This document shows, piece after piece, positions 1-8,391 of a stretch of DNA of 64,000 bases (the first letter of the stretch is position 1; the number at the start of each line of letters is the position of its first letter). Below the pieces are notes generated by a model. It ran no database searches. It saw only the letters and a list, made by a program, of their open reading frames with translations, and had not been told where the DNA came from. Source of the DNA: Patescibacteria group bacterium. GTDB taxonomy: Bacteria > Patescibacteriota > Minisyncoccia > GCA-002772825. Both the position numbers and the translations under genes were made by a program. The stretch spans positions 137 through 64,136 of the forward strand of contig JANLHB010000016.1 of the NCBI GenBank assembly GCA_024654625.1, given 5' to 3'.

Positions 1-12
1 GATAGGGTTTTA

Positions 13-711
13 ATGAAAGAAACCAAAGATTTTAATAATCCTGTTTATGCGGCCGAGTTGGGTGGAGGAGCTCACCCTGACAGATATCATGATTTTTTCA
101 GTAAACTGCTCACAGAGCCAAGAGGGCACATAGACTGGGTAGATGTCTCTCCTTATATGCTGGATCTGGCGAAGAGGTACATAGGGGACGATAAGTATAA
201 AGGACGAGAAGAAGTAATAAGTTTTATCAAAAGTGATATTTTAGAATATATACGCGGTTTAGAAGATGGAAAGCTGGATATTGCCATAATGAAATACACT
301 ATTGATCATATAGAAAATATAGAAGGCTTGTTTAAATTACTTTCCAGTAAATTAAAGCCAGGCGGTAAATTAGTATCTACTATCGGAAGCACGAGTCCAG
401 AGCTAAAAAGTTATTCTACTAATGCGCGGTTTCTGTACAATGGAGAACCATTTCCGGATGATGAAGTGCGCGTGTTGAAAGATGGAGATAACTTTACGGT
501 TAAATTTTTTAAAGTGTCCGGCGACCCTAACGCCGGTTATCTTGAAGGAGCTGAGACTGTGAAATACTTTCACTCTGCCGATAAGTTTAGAGAGTTGGCT
601 GATACTTTCGGTTTTAATATTTATTTGGGAGATTGGAAAGGGCTTATTGACGAGAAAGATCAAGATGGTGAAAAAATGGATCAGGCTATTCTAATTTTAA
701 CAAAGAAATAA
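13..711 (+). CDS. Class I SAM-dependent methyltransferase
   Basis: Glycine-rich motif I (ELGGGAHP) and Rossmann-type MTase layout in the ORF translation. Confidence 0.55.
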   Translation: MKETKDFNNPVYAAELGGGAHPDRYHDFFSKLLTEPRGHIDWVDVSPYMLDLAKRYIGDDKYKGREEVISFIKSDILEYIRGLEDGKLDIAIMKYTIDHIENIEGLFKLLSSKLKPGGKLVSTIGSTSPELKSYSTNARFLYNGEPFPDDEVRVLKDGDNFTVKFFKVSGDPNAGYLEGAETVKYFHSADKFRELADTFGFNIYLGDWKGLIDEKDQDGEKMDQAILILTKK

Positions 712-719
712 TAACCACC

Positions 720-1184
720 ATGCAAACGATAACACAATTTATGCAGAGTGATCATAAGAGGCTAGACGGGCTTTTTGAAAAGTTCCGTGAGCTTAAGAAC
801 GAGAGCCCGCAAGAAGCGAAGCAGAACTTCTGTCCTTTCAGAAGAGAGCTTTTCGTCCATATAGGGTGGGAGGAGGAGATACTTTTCCCGATCTTTGAAG
901 AGAAGACGGGGATGAAGGATAACGGCCCTACTTCTGTGATGAGGGCGGAGCATATTGAGATTAAAGATTTGCTTGACCGGATAAGGGAGGAGATAAAAGC
1001 AGGCAATTTCAATACAGGAGAAATGGAGAGCATTTTAGATAGTATCTTAAGAAGCCATAATGACAAGGAAGAGAATTTGCTTTACCCTTGGATTGACCAG
1101 TCAATTAAAGAGGAGGAGAGAAAGGCGATTTTTAATAAGATAAAAGAGATCACCCCGCCTAATACTTGCGGTTGTTCGCATTAG
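720..1184 (+). CDS. Hemerythrin-like (HHE cation-binding) domain protein
   Basis: Repeated H/E-containing helical motifs (HxxxE, RAEHIEIKDLL) typical of the hemerythrin HHE domain. C-terminal CGCSH. Confidence 0.55.
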   Translation: MQTITQFMQSDHKRLDGLFEKFRELKNESPQEAKQNFCPFRRELFVHIGWEEEILFPIFEEKTGMKDNGPTSVMRAEHIEIKDLLDRIREEIKAGNFNTGEMESILDSILRSHNDKEENLLYPWIDQSIKEEERKAIFNKIKEITPPNTCGCSH

Positions 1185-1255
1185 AGATTCGGCTCTTTAG
1201 TTATACACATAATTATATTTATTTTTGGATTTAAAAAAGTTATTATAGAAATATA

Positions 1256-2017
1256 ATGAAAAAAGCTATAATTCTTTCCACCGTATCTTTCTTGGTATCT
1301 TTCGGGGCATTTATTTATATTTTGAAAAGAGTAGCTACTCCGGATTTATTTGTTCATAATCATTTATTGCATGGCGCGGTGATGATTGCTGTATGCCTCG
1401 TCTCATTTTTTGCGGCATATCGCGCTTATGTTTCTTATTCATATTCTAAAAACGTTTATGAATTGTTTTTAGCGCTAGCTTTTTATATATTCGGCTTCAT
1501 TTTCCTCGCTCACGGAGTTTTTGTGCCAGGTTTTTTATTTTTTGATGAGATGCTCTTTGATATATTTGAGCATACCGGATTGTTTCTTGGCTCCATTCTG
1601 TTTTTAGGGTTAGGCTTATCTCTATCTAAATGGAGAGAAGATATCTATAATAAAAGATCAAAAATTATTGCAGGTTTTATTGCCGCGACTGTCGCTTATC
1701 CTATTTTTATATTAGGGACACCGCCTATAGCTGAATATATAGGTTCCAAACTTGATATAATCACCGGTCTGACGGCAATCTCGTTCTTAATAAGCGCCCT
1801 TATATTATTGGTAAGGTACAAGGATGCCATAACTAACCTGATTTTATGCCTTATTGTAAGTTTTTCTATCTTGATAAATATCGGAATCATTCCTTTCTTT
1901 TATGAAGAATGGAATATCGTGTGGTGGTATTTTCATATATTAACATTAGTCGCTTTCTTGATTATTTTAACGGGCCTTCTCCGTACTGATAAATATAGGA
2001 TAACTAATAATGGTTGA
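1256..2017 (+). CDS. Integral membrane protein of unknown function
   Basis: Multiple hydrophobic helices throughout. No recognisable catalytic motif. Confidence 0.4.
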   Translation: MKKAIILSTVSFLVSFGAFIYILKRVATPDLFVHNHLLHGAVMIAVCLVSFFAAYRAYVSYSYSKNVYELFLALAFYIFGFIFLAHGVFVPGFLFFDEMLFDIFEHTGLFLGSILFLGLGLSLSKWREDIYNKRSKIIAGFIAATVAYPIFILGTPPIAEYIGSKLDIITGLTAISFLISALILLVRYKDAITNLILCLIVSFSILINIGIIPFFYEEWNIVWWYFHILTLVAFLIILTGLLRTDKYRITNNG

Positions 2018-2032
2018 TAGATTATATTATAA

Positions 2033-4495
2033 TTATTTATAATTTTCATTTATCTCCATCTCTATAAGATTTCTCGGCCTGCCATATTTAAGACTTGAGA
2101 ATTCTTTTATTTTTTCCGGCAATTGATAATCTCCATTCTTAAATGCAAATGTTTTTAAGTTGAATGGCTTGGCTGGTTGTCCGTTTACAAGCAGTTTTAC
2201 ATACGCATTGTAATTATCAATGTTTATAAGATCGCGTGCAGAGAAAGTCGGCTCAAATTGCGTTTTGAGGAATTCCGCGTCTTCGGCACCCACTCGGAAA
2301 GAGGCGATAGAGCCGACATTGCCGAATATCGCTTTCCTGATATTTTCCTCAATCTGTCCTATGAATTGGTTGGCGACGATAAGGTCAAGATGATATTTTC
2401 TGGCCTCTGACAATATGGTTGATATTGAATCTGTAGTGACATTTTGGAATTCGTCTATGTATAGGTAGAAGTCCTTACGTTCTCTCTCCGGCATATTTAC
2501 TCGAGAGAGGGAAGCCATCAAGATTTTGCCGACAATTATAAGCCCTAGAAGATTTGAATTTAGATCGCCAAGCCGTCCTTTGGATAGGTTAATGAGGAGT
2601 ATTTTTTGGTCGTCCATTATTCTTCTGAAGTTGAAAGAAGAATTTTTCTGGACTAATATCGGCCTCATAACATCGTTTGATATGAATGTGTCAAACTTGC
2701 TTGTGATATAAGGAACAATATTTGAAAGAGAGGCTTCACCGCCGGCTTTCTCCGCCACATCGCGCCAAAATGATTTTACCACAGGGTTAAGGCAGGCGGC
2801 GATTTTTCTGTCACGGAAATCTTTGTCTGATAAGACTCTGGATATATCAATAAGAGTTGCCGTTGACTTGGGGTCGTCTATTGCAAGCATTGTCGCGTTC
2901 CTGAAGTATTGTTCAAACATCGGTCCTCCGGCGACTTTCATATCAAACAGCTTATTGAATATCCCCAATAGTTCGTTTACCACGAAAGTTTTCTGGTCCG
3001 GATAGAGAGGGTCATACTCAAGCATGTTGAGACCCATCGGCATCGCAGTATTTGCCGGGTCAAAGTAGATTACATCTTCAATTCTTTCTTTCGGTATTAT
3101 ACTTAAAATATCTTCTATATCTGAGCCATGCGGGTCTATATAACAGACGCCTCTTCCTTCTTTAATATCTTGCGCAATCATATTTTTCATTAGACTTGTC
3201 TTTCCGGTGCCAGTTTGTCCTATAATGTATAAATGCCTCCGTCTGTCATCTTCCCCAATATAGACAAGGTTTTTGTCCCCGTGGAAATTGTTCTCACCAA
3301 CCACAACTCCATCTTCCGGCATATTTTGAGGCGCAGGCGCTTCGTTTAGCCTGGCTTGCTTTAAGTGCGGAGAAGAAGTTATCCCGACTGGGAAATGGAA
3401 AATGCTGGTTAACTCAGCCGTATTTAAAGGGATAATCATTTTTTTATTAAAAAGACGAAAAGAGAATTCCAAAAATAAGTTTCTTAAGGCTTTACCTTTT
3501 AATCTCTTGAATTTTAGACTATTTCCGTGAGGAGCGCTAAATTGCAGAAACGCGCTTTCTATTTCATTTAAAATTGATTCGGCTTTGCCTTTGTCGCGCG
3601 AAGAGGCGATGAGGCGTATATTTGATGATAATATATGGCGTGACGCTTTCTCTTCAAGGAGTTTTTTTATTTCTTCGTCTGCGGTTATCGGGTCTTTATT
3701 CTCGTCTTTTTTCTTAGGAGTATTCCCTAAAATTATTTCATCAATAAGGCTGAAGACGGCGTCAAGCCACCCTTCTTTAGACATAGCTTTGCTTAGAGTT
3801 TCTCCTTTTCTGACTTTATCAAGAGTTGATTTTACTTTTTTAAGAAGAAAAGTGTTTGGCGCGGGTGAAACTACGAGTTGAAGCGCGGCTCCTTCTCCTT
3901 CTTTTTTCAATTTTGAAAAAGTGTTGATGATTGTAGAGAGCGGATCGGCATTAAACTTATCATATGTTTTTATCGGCAGAACATCATAAGTTGAAAGAGA
4001 ACCGATCGCGCCGGCATTTTCTCCTTCATATCTGAATATATTATAATCATCTTTAACCTCTCTTAATTTCGCGCTTGGAAAAAGCGCGTGAAGGTGTTTT
4101 TCAAAAATTTGTATTTTGGCTCTTGGCACGGCGGAGAAGAATGAAACTTCTGTCCCGTTTGCTGGTAGTCCGATCTCTAAAACAAAATACGGGTTATCTT
4201 CAAACCATGATCCTTTCATATCTTTTATCGCAATCATGCCTGAATAGAATTCCTCCATTACGGAGATGATGTCTTTGAATGTTTTTGTCTGGTCTTTTTC
4301 TGCTTCTTGGTGGGGGAGTGTGATCTCCACCAGAGCCATATTCAGAGACCATATCAGGCGGTGCTTGAAACTTGAACGATGAAGAAAGAATAAAATCAAC
4401 CAATATATTAATACTAAAAGTATTCCCAATATTAAGGCAATAAGCACAATGTCGTATGGAATGGAAGATGAATTAAATGGTAAATTTTTTATCAT
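2033..4495 (-). CDS. TraG/TraD/VirD4-family (type IV coupling-protein-like) P-loop ATPase
   Basis: N-terminal two-helix membrane hairpin followed by Walker A (GQTGTGKTS) and a C-terminal YLYIDEFQN ... ANQ motif region. Architecture matches T4SS coupling proteins. Confidence 0.55.
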   Translation of the reverse strand: MIKNLPFNSSSIPYDIVLIALILGILLVLIYWLILFFLHRSSFKHRLIWSLNMALVEITLPHQEAEKDQTKTFKDIISVMEEFYSGMIAIKDMKGSWFEDNPYFVLEIGLPANGTEVSFFSAVPRAKIQIFEKHLHALFPSAKLREVKDDYNIFRYEGENAGAIGSLSTYDVLPIKTYDKFNADPLSTIINTFSKLKKEGEGAALQLVVSPAPNTFLLKKVKSTLDKVRKGETLSKAMSKEGWLDAVFSLIDEIILGNTPKKKDENKDPITADEEIKKLLEEKASRHILSSNIRLIASSRDKGKAESILNEIESAFLQFSAPHGNSLKFKRLKGKALRNLFLEFSFRLFNKKMIIPLNTAELTSIFHFPVGITSSPHLKQARLNEAPAPQNMPEDGVVVGENNFHGDKNLVYIGEDDRRRHLYIIGQTGTGKTSLMKNMIAQDIKEGRGVCYIDPHGSDIEDILSIIPKERIEDVIYFDPANTAMPMGLNMLEYDPLYPDQKTFVVNELLGIFNKLFDMKVAGGPMFEQYFRNATMLAIDDPKSTATLIDISRVLSDKDFRDRKIAACLNPVVKSFWRDVAEKAGGEASLSNIVPYITSKFDTFISNDVMRPILVQKNSSFNFRRIMDDQKILLINLSKGRLGDLNSNLLGLIIVGKILMASLSRVNMPERERKDFYLYIDEFQNVTTDSISTILSEARKYHLDLIVANQFIGQIEENIRKAIFGNVGSIASFRVGAEDAEFLKTQFEPTFSARDLINIDNYNAYVKLLVNGQPAKPFNLKTFAFKNGDYQLPEKIKEFSSLKYGRPRNLIEMEINENYK

Positions 4496-4501
4496 TTATG
4501 A

Positions 4502-4900
4502 TTAATTGGCATTTTCTGATATTTTTCTGGCAAGCGCTCTTTCAAAATCATCTAATAAATGAGCATTGCCTGTTTTTGATATTAGATTAACGGCATTGAT
4601 GATGCCTTTTTCTTTAGCAAGATTTAATAATTCAATTATTTGCCGGTCATGCTCTTCGGCCGGCAAATCAAAAATTGATGCATTATGTTTTCCCAGCTCT
4701 TCGGTATTTGGAACATACTTATATTCTTCATGAAGCGTCTCTTTAGGCGCTTTTTTTGTGTGTTCTTTTACCGCTTCAATAACAGCCTCTTTGTTTCCTT
4801 CGGGAGAGACTGTTTTTAGCTCTTCAATCCGCTTTTTTAATGACTCAATCTCTTCTTCGGGCGATCTAAATTGTTTTGATTGTTCCGGTGTATTTAACAT
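4502..4900 (-). CDS. Hypothetical coiled-coil protein
   Basis: Charged, helical, lysine/glutamate-rich ORF with no recognised motif. Confidence 0.3.
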   Translation of the reverse strand: MLNTPEQSKQFRSPEEEIESLKKRIEELKTVSPEGNKEAVIEAVKEHTKKAPKETLHEEYKYVPNTEELGKHNASIFDLPAEEHDRQIIELLNLAKEKGIINAVNLISKTGNAHLLDDFERALARKISENAN

Positions 4901-5039
4901 TGATTAAATTATAGCACTTTAAGACAGTAAAATGAAAGGGTTTTTCCACTGATTTTTAAAGAGCCAGTGGACAAGTTTATTTTTTTGTTTTTTAAGTTGC
5001 TTTTTTAGCGTTCTCCACTTCCTTTGGCTCGCAATGTTT

Positions 5040-5048
5040 TGTTATAAT
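5040..5048 (+). promoter_or_regulatory. Extended -10 promoter element (TGtTATAAT) upstream of nrdJ
   Basis: TGTTATAAT about 90 nt upstream of the ATG. No good -35. Confidence 0.35.
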
Positions 5049-5073
5049 GCCAATACAAATTATAAATATTAAT

Positions 5074-5129
5074 TCTCCCCTTATTTTTCTTTTTTAATTT
5101 TTAATTAGAGATGAAAAATAAGGGGAAGC
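5074..5129 (+). promoter_or_regulatory. 5-prime UTR hairpin sequestering the nrdJ Shine-Dalgarno
   Basis: Arms ctccccttattttt and aaaaataaggggaag (about 14 bp). The right arm contains the SD AAGGGG, 11 nt before the ATG at 5140. Confidence 0.4.
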
Positions 5130-5139
5130 ACTAAAAAAT

Positions 5140-7419
5140 ATGGTTAAAGGAGTTGAGGCCACAAAAAACGTTTCCAAACTTATAAAAAGCATAAAGAAAC
5201 GCGACGGGAAGATTGTCCCTTTTGATATTAACAGGATTTCAAGTGCCGTGGGCAAAGCGATGAAATCTACCGGTGAGGGAGGAGAGTTTGACGCTCATAG
5301 AATAGCTGAAAAGGTAGTTCTTTATCTATATAAAACCAATATTAAGAATAAGTATTTCATCCCTACTGTGGAGGAAGTCCAAGATACTGTGGAAAGGGAG
5401 CTTATCTGGGAAGATTTTGCCGATACTGCCAAGGCTTATATTATTTATCGCGACAGGAGGGCGCAAGTGCGCGCGCAAGAATCGCAGGTTCCTGAAAATG
5501 TGAAGAAGCTTACGGAAGAAAGCAGTAAATATTTTAAAAATCAATTGGCGGAATTTATTTTCTATAGAACTTATGCCAGATGGGTTGAAAGTGAAGGAAG
5601 AAGAGAGACGTGGATTGAAACTGTTGACCGCTATATTGATTTTATGAAAGAGAATTTAAAAGGCAAACTTAGCGATGTTGAATATAAAGAAGTGAGAGAA
5701 GCGATATTAAGGCAAGATGCGATGCCATCTATGAGGCTGTTTCAATTTGCCGGCAAGCCGGCGCGTGAGACGAACGTTTGCGCTTACAACTGTTCATTTA
5801 TCGCTCCTTCAAGATTGCAGGACTTCGGAGAGATTATGTATATTTTAATGTGTGGAACAGGTCTTGGTTTTTCTGTTGAGAGCAGGAATGTTCAAGCATT
5901 ACCGCAGATAAAAGAACAAAGCGGTAAGAAACTTCCGGTATATGTTATTGCTGATAGTAAAGAAGGCTGGGCTGATGCTATTGTTCATGGGATGAAAACT
6001 TGGTTTGATGGGAATGATGTTGAGTTTGATTATTCAAAGTTGCGGCCAGCCGGAGCAAGGCTTAAGACTTTTGGAGGAAGATCATCCGGTCCTGATCCAT
6101 TAAGACAGGTGCTTGAGTTTACCCGCGAGAAGATATTGAAGAAACAGGGCAGGAGGCTCTTAAATATAGATGTGCATGATATTGTATGCAAAATAGGCGA
6201 AGTGGTTGTTTCGGGCGGAGTGAGAAGAAGCGCCTTGATATCACTCTCAGACCTTGATGATGTGGAAATGCGAGACGCAAAGAAAGGACAGTTTTATCTG
6301 GCAGAACCACATAGAATGCTTGCGAATAATTCCGCTGTTTATTTAGAAAAGCCAAGCAATGAAGAGTTTATGGATGAATGGGTGGCTCTTATGAAGAGTC
6401 GTTCCGGCGAAAGGGGCATATTCAATAGAGGGGGGTTATTAAAAACTATTCCGGAAAGACGTATTAAGGTTTTAGGAGGACATATTAATGACTTGGGGGT
6501 TAATCCTTGCGGAGAGATAATTCTTCAACCAAGGCAATTTTGCAACCTTTCTGAAATAGTGGCGCGCGCCATAGATGATGAGAAAAGTCTTTTAAAGAAG
6601 ATGAAGATCGCGGTTATTTTAGGGACTTATCAGTCTACTCTCACAAATTTTAAATATCTTTCTAAAGAATGGAAAGAAAATTGCGAGAAAGAACGGTTGC
6701 TTGGCATTTCTATTACCGGCCAGTGGGATTGCCCGGCTGTCCGTGACGGAAAAGTGTTAGAAAAGCTTAAAAATGAAGCGGTCAGATTAAATAAAATATA
6801 TGCCAAAAAGTTTGGCGTGAATCAATCCACTTCCATTACTTGCATTAAACCGTCAGGCACACTTTCTCAGCTTGTGGATTCTTCATCAGGAATGCATCCA
6901 AGGCACGCAAAGTATTATATAAGGCGTGTAAGGATTTCAGCTACAGATCCTTTATTTAAAATGATGAAAGATCAGAAGTTCCCATATAAGCCGGAAGTCG
7001 GCCAGAATATGGACGAAGCTCATACTTTCGTTTTAGAGTTTCCTGTTAAGGCGCCATCAGGGTCTATTTTTAAAGATGATATGAATGCGATAGAGCAATT
7101 GGAACACTGGAAGATGGTGAAGAATTATTATACAGAGCATAATCCTTCAGTGACTATCTCTGTGGGGGAGAATGAATGGCTTGGAGTCTCTAACTGGCTT
7201 TATGAGAATTGGGATCTTGTAGGTGGTTTATCGTTCCTGCCGAGGGAAGATCATGTCTACTTACTCGCTCCTTATGAAGCTATTAGTAAAGAAAGATATG
7301 AAGAGATGGTAAATAAGCTAGGGAAGATTGATTTTTCAAGAATCGTGTTGCATGAGGCGCAGGATAACACTGAAGTAAAAAAAGAGCTTGCATGCGCCGC
7401 AGGTACTTGCGAGATATAG
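5140..7419 (+). CDS. nrdJ: Adenosylcobalamin-dependent (class II) ribonucleoside-triphosphate reductase with N-terminal ATP-cone
   Basis: ATP-cone start (VPFDINRISSAVGKA), active-site motif NPCGEI, C-terminal CAAGTCEI cysteine pair typical of monomeric class II RNR. Confidence 0.75.
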   Translation: MVKGVEATKNVSKLIKSIKKRDGKIVPFDINRISSAVGKAMKSTGEGGEFDAHRIAEKVVLYLYKTNIKNKYFIPTVEEVQDTVERELIWEDFADTAKAYIIYRDRRAQVRAQESQVPENVKKLTEESSKYFKNQLAEFIFYRTYARWVESEGRRETWIETVDRYIDFMKENLKGKLSDVEYKEVREAILRQDAMPSMRLFQFAGKPARETNVCAYNCSFIAPSRLQDFGEIMYILMCGTGLGFSVESRNVQALPQIKEQSGKKLPVYVIADSKEGWADAIVHGMKTWFDGNDVEFDYSKLRPAGARLKTFGGRSSGPDPLRQVLEFTREKILKKQGRRLLNIDVHDIVCKIGEVVVSGGVRRSALISLSDLDDVEMRDAKKGQFYLAEPHRMLANNSAVYLEKPSNEEFMDEWVALMKSRSGERGIFNRGGLLKTIPERRIKVLGGHINDLGVNPCGEIILQPRQFCNLSEIVARAIDDEKSLLKKMKIAVILGTYQSTLTNFKYLSKEWKENCEKERLLGISITGQWDCPAVRDGKVLEKLKNEAVRLNKIYAKKFGVNQSTSITCIKPSGTLSQLVDSSSGMHPRHAKYYIRRVRISATDPLFKMMKDQKFPYKPEVGQNMDEAHTFVLEFPVKAPSGSIFKDDMNAIEQLEHWKMVKNYYTEHNPSVTISVGENEWLGVSNWLYENWDLVGGLSFLPREDHVYLLAPYEAISKERYEEMVNKLGKIDFSRIVLHEAQDNTEVKKELACAAGTCEI

Positions 7420-7425
7420 GACTTA

Positions 7426-7469
7426 CCCCGTCGCTCCTGCCTACCGGCAGGCAGGCGCGAGCGACGGGG
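7426..7469. repeat. REP-like palindrome (family 2: GCCTGCCTRCCGGYAGGCAGG core) acting as nrdJ terminator hairpin
   Basis: 44-bp palindrome ccccgtcgctcctgcctaccggcaggcaggcgcgagcgacgggg. Reverse-complement orientation of the copy at 43171. Confidence 0.6.
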
Positions 7470-7498
7470 TTGCATATTTGCTAATATAGTGGTATAAT
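7470..7498 (+). promoter_or_regulatory. Sigma70-type promoter of rnpB (-35 TTGCAT, 17-nt spacer, extended -10 TGGTATAAT)
   Basis: Near-consensus hexamers with ideal spacing. Predicted TSS about 7505, coinciding with the start of the P1 helix. Confidence 0.6.
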
Positions 7499-7506
7499 TT
7501 AATATA

Positions 7507-8074
7507 GTTTACGTTGGGTAATCGCTCTGTTTTTAAAAAACAGGGAGGAAAGTCCGAACACCCTCCAATCCGCTCCGCCAGCTGGCGGACGGATTGAGAG
7601 AAGTAAGCAGAGGGTAATACCCTCCGCTCCAGCAGTGATGTTGGGGTAGGGAAATCCCGATTTTGATTTATCAAAATCGAGGACACTCGACCAGTAAGGT
7701 CGGTGGTGCCACAGAGACAATACTAGTCCGCCTCGGCGGACAAAAGGTGAAAAGACTGAAGGTGTTCCGCCGGTTAGCGGATGCTACCTCAGTGTTATAA
7801 TCGGCAACGATTATAAGTGGTAAACCCTGTTTGGTGCAAGGCCGTGTTGCCAGCGCTTCGCATTGGAAATCCGAAACTCGAATATCGAAATTCGAAACAA
7901 ATACTAAAATTCAAAATTGTTTCGTGCTTCGGATTTATGATTTCGTGCTTCCAATGCGTAGCGTTGGCAGAGTGCCGCTTGATTCCGCTTGGCAACTGGC
8001 GGAACAGATAAATGATTATCGCTGTTTTTACTCTCGGGTAAATTCAGTACAGAATTCGGCTTATAGACGTAAAC
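7507..8074 (+). ncRNA. rnpB: RNase P RNA (bacterial type A) with expanded P12-like helix
   Basis: P4 strands GGAAAGTCCGAAC and ACAGAATTCGGCTTATA with compensatory changes. GGTAAACCC...GCAAGGCC motif. P1 pairing gtttacgt/acgtaaac at the ends. Confidence 0.85.
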
Positions 8075-8081
8075 ATGAATA

Positions 8082-8117
8082 AATGAAAAATCCATCTTAA
8101 CGGGTGGATTTTTCATT
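8082..8117. terminator. Bidirectional rho-independent terminator after rnpB and the convergent HTH gene
   Basis: Hairpin aatgaaaaatccat-loop-gtggatttttcatt with flanking T and A runs. Confidence 0.5.
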
Positions 8118-8341
8118 TATTCATCAATAATGAGTCTTTTGTTTGTTGATATTTTGAAATTATTTTTCTTTATAAAGGATTCTATTTCAGGGATTCTATA
8201 AATGCGATAATTATTTTTTGAGTCTCTTTTTGCTTCGAATTTTCCGATTTCGTCCCATATTCTTAAAGTCTGTGGAGATACTCCTAAAAGAAGCGAGGCC
8301 TCTTTGATTGTAAGATACTTTATCCCCATGCGTCTTTTCAT
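8117..8341 (-). CDS. Small helix-turn-helix DNA-binding protein (MerR/excisionase-type HTH_17)
   Basis: LTIKEASLLLGVSPQTLRIW HTH signature in a 74-aa protein. Confidence 0.5.
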   Translation of the reverse strand: MKRRMGIKYLTIKEASLLLGVSPQTLRIWDEIGKFEAKRDSKNNYRIYRIPEIESFIKKNNFKISTNKRLIIDE

Positions 8342-8391
8342 ATATTATATCGTATAATACTTTAATCGGTTTTTGAAGTGTTTTTGTTAAA

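Noticed and set aside
4901-5139. Cobalamin riboswitch or NrdR box upstream of the class II RNR
   Set aside because: No B12-box (GCCACTG-like core with flanking conserved helices) and no 16-bp NrdR palindrome pair could be recognised. Only a simple SD-sequestering hairpin is present.
7441-8116. Six small ORFs (61-83 aa) on both strands
   Set aside because: They lie entirely within the RNase P RNA gene and its terminator, so they are artefacts of translating a structured RNA.
8117-8341. Integrated mobile element next to rnpB suggested by an excisionase-type HTH protein
   Set aside because: There is no integrase, no att-like direct repeats, and the flanking genes (murJ, rnpB) are core. Small HTH_17 proteins are common stand-alone regulators.
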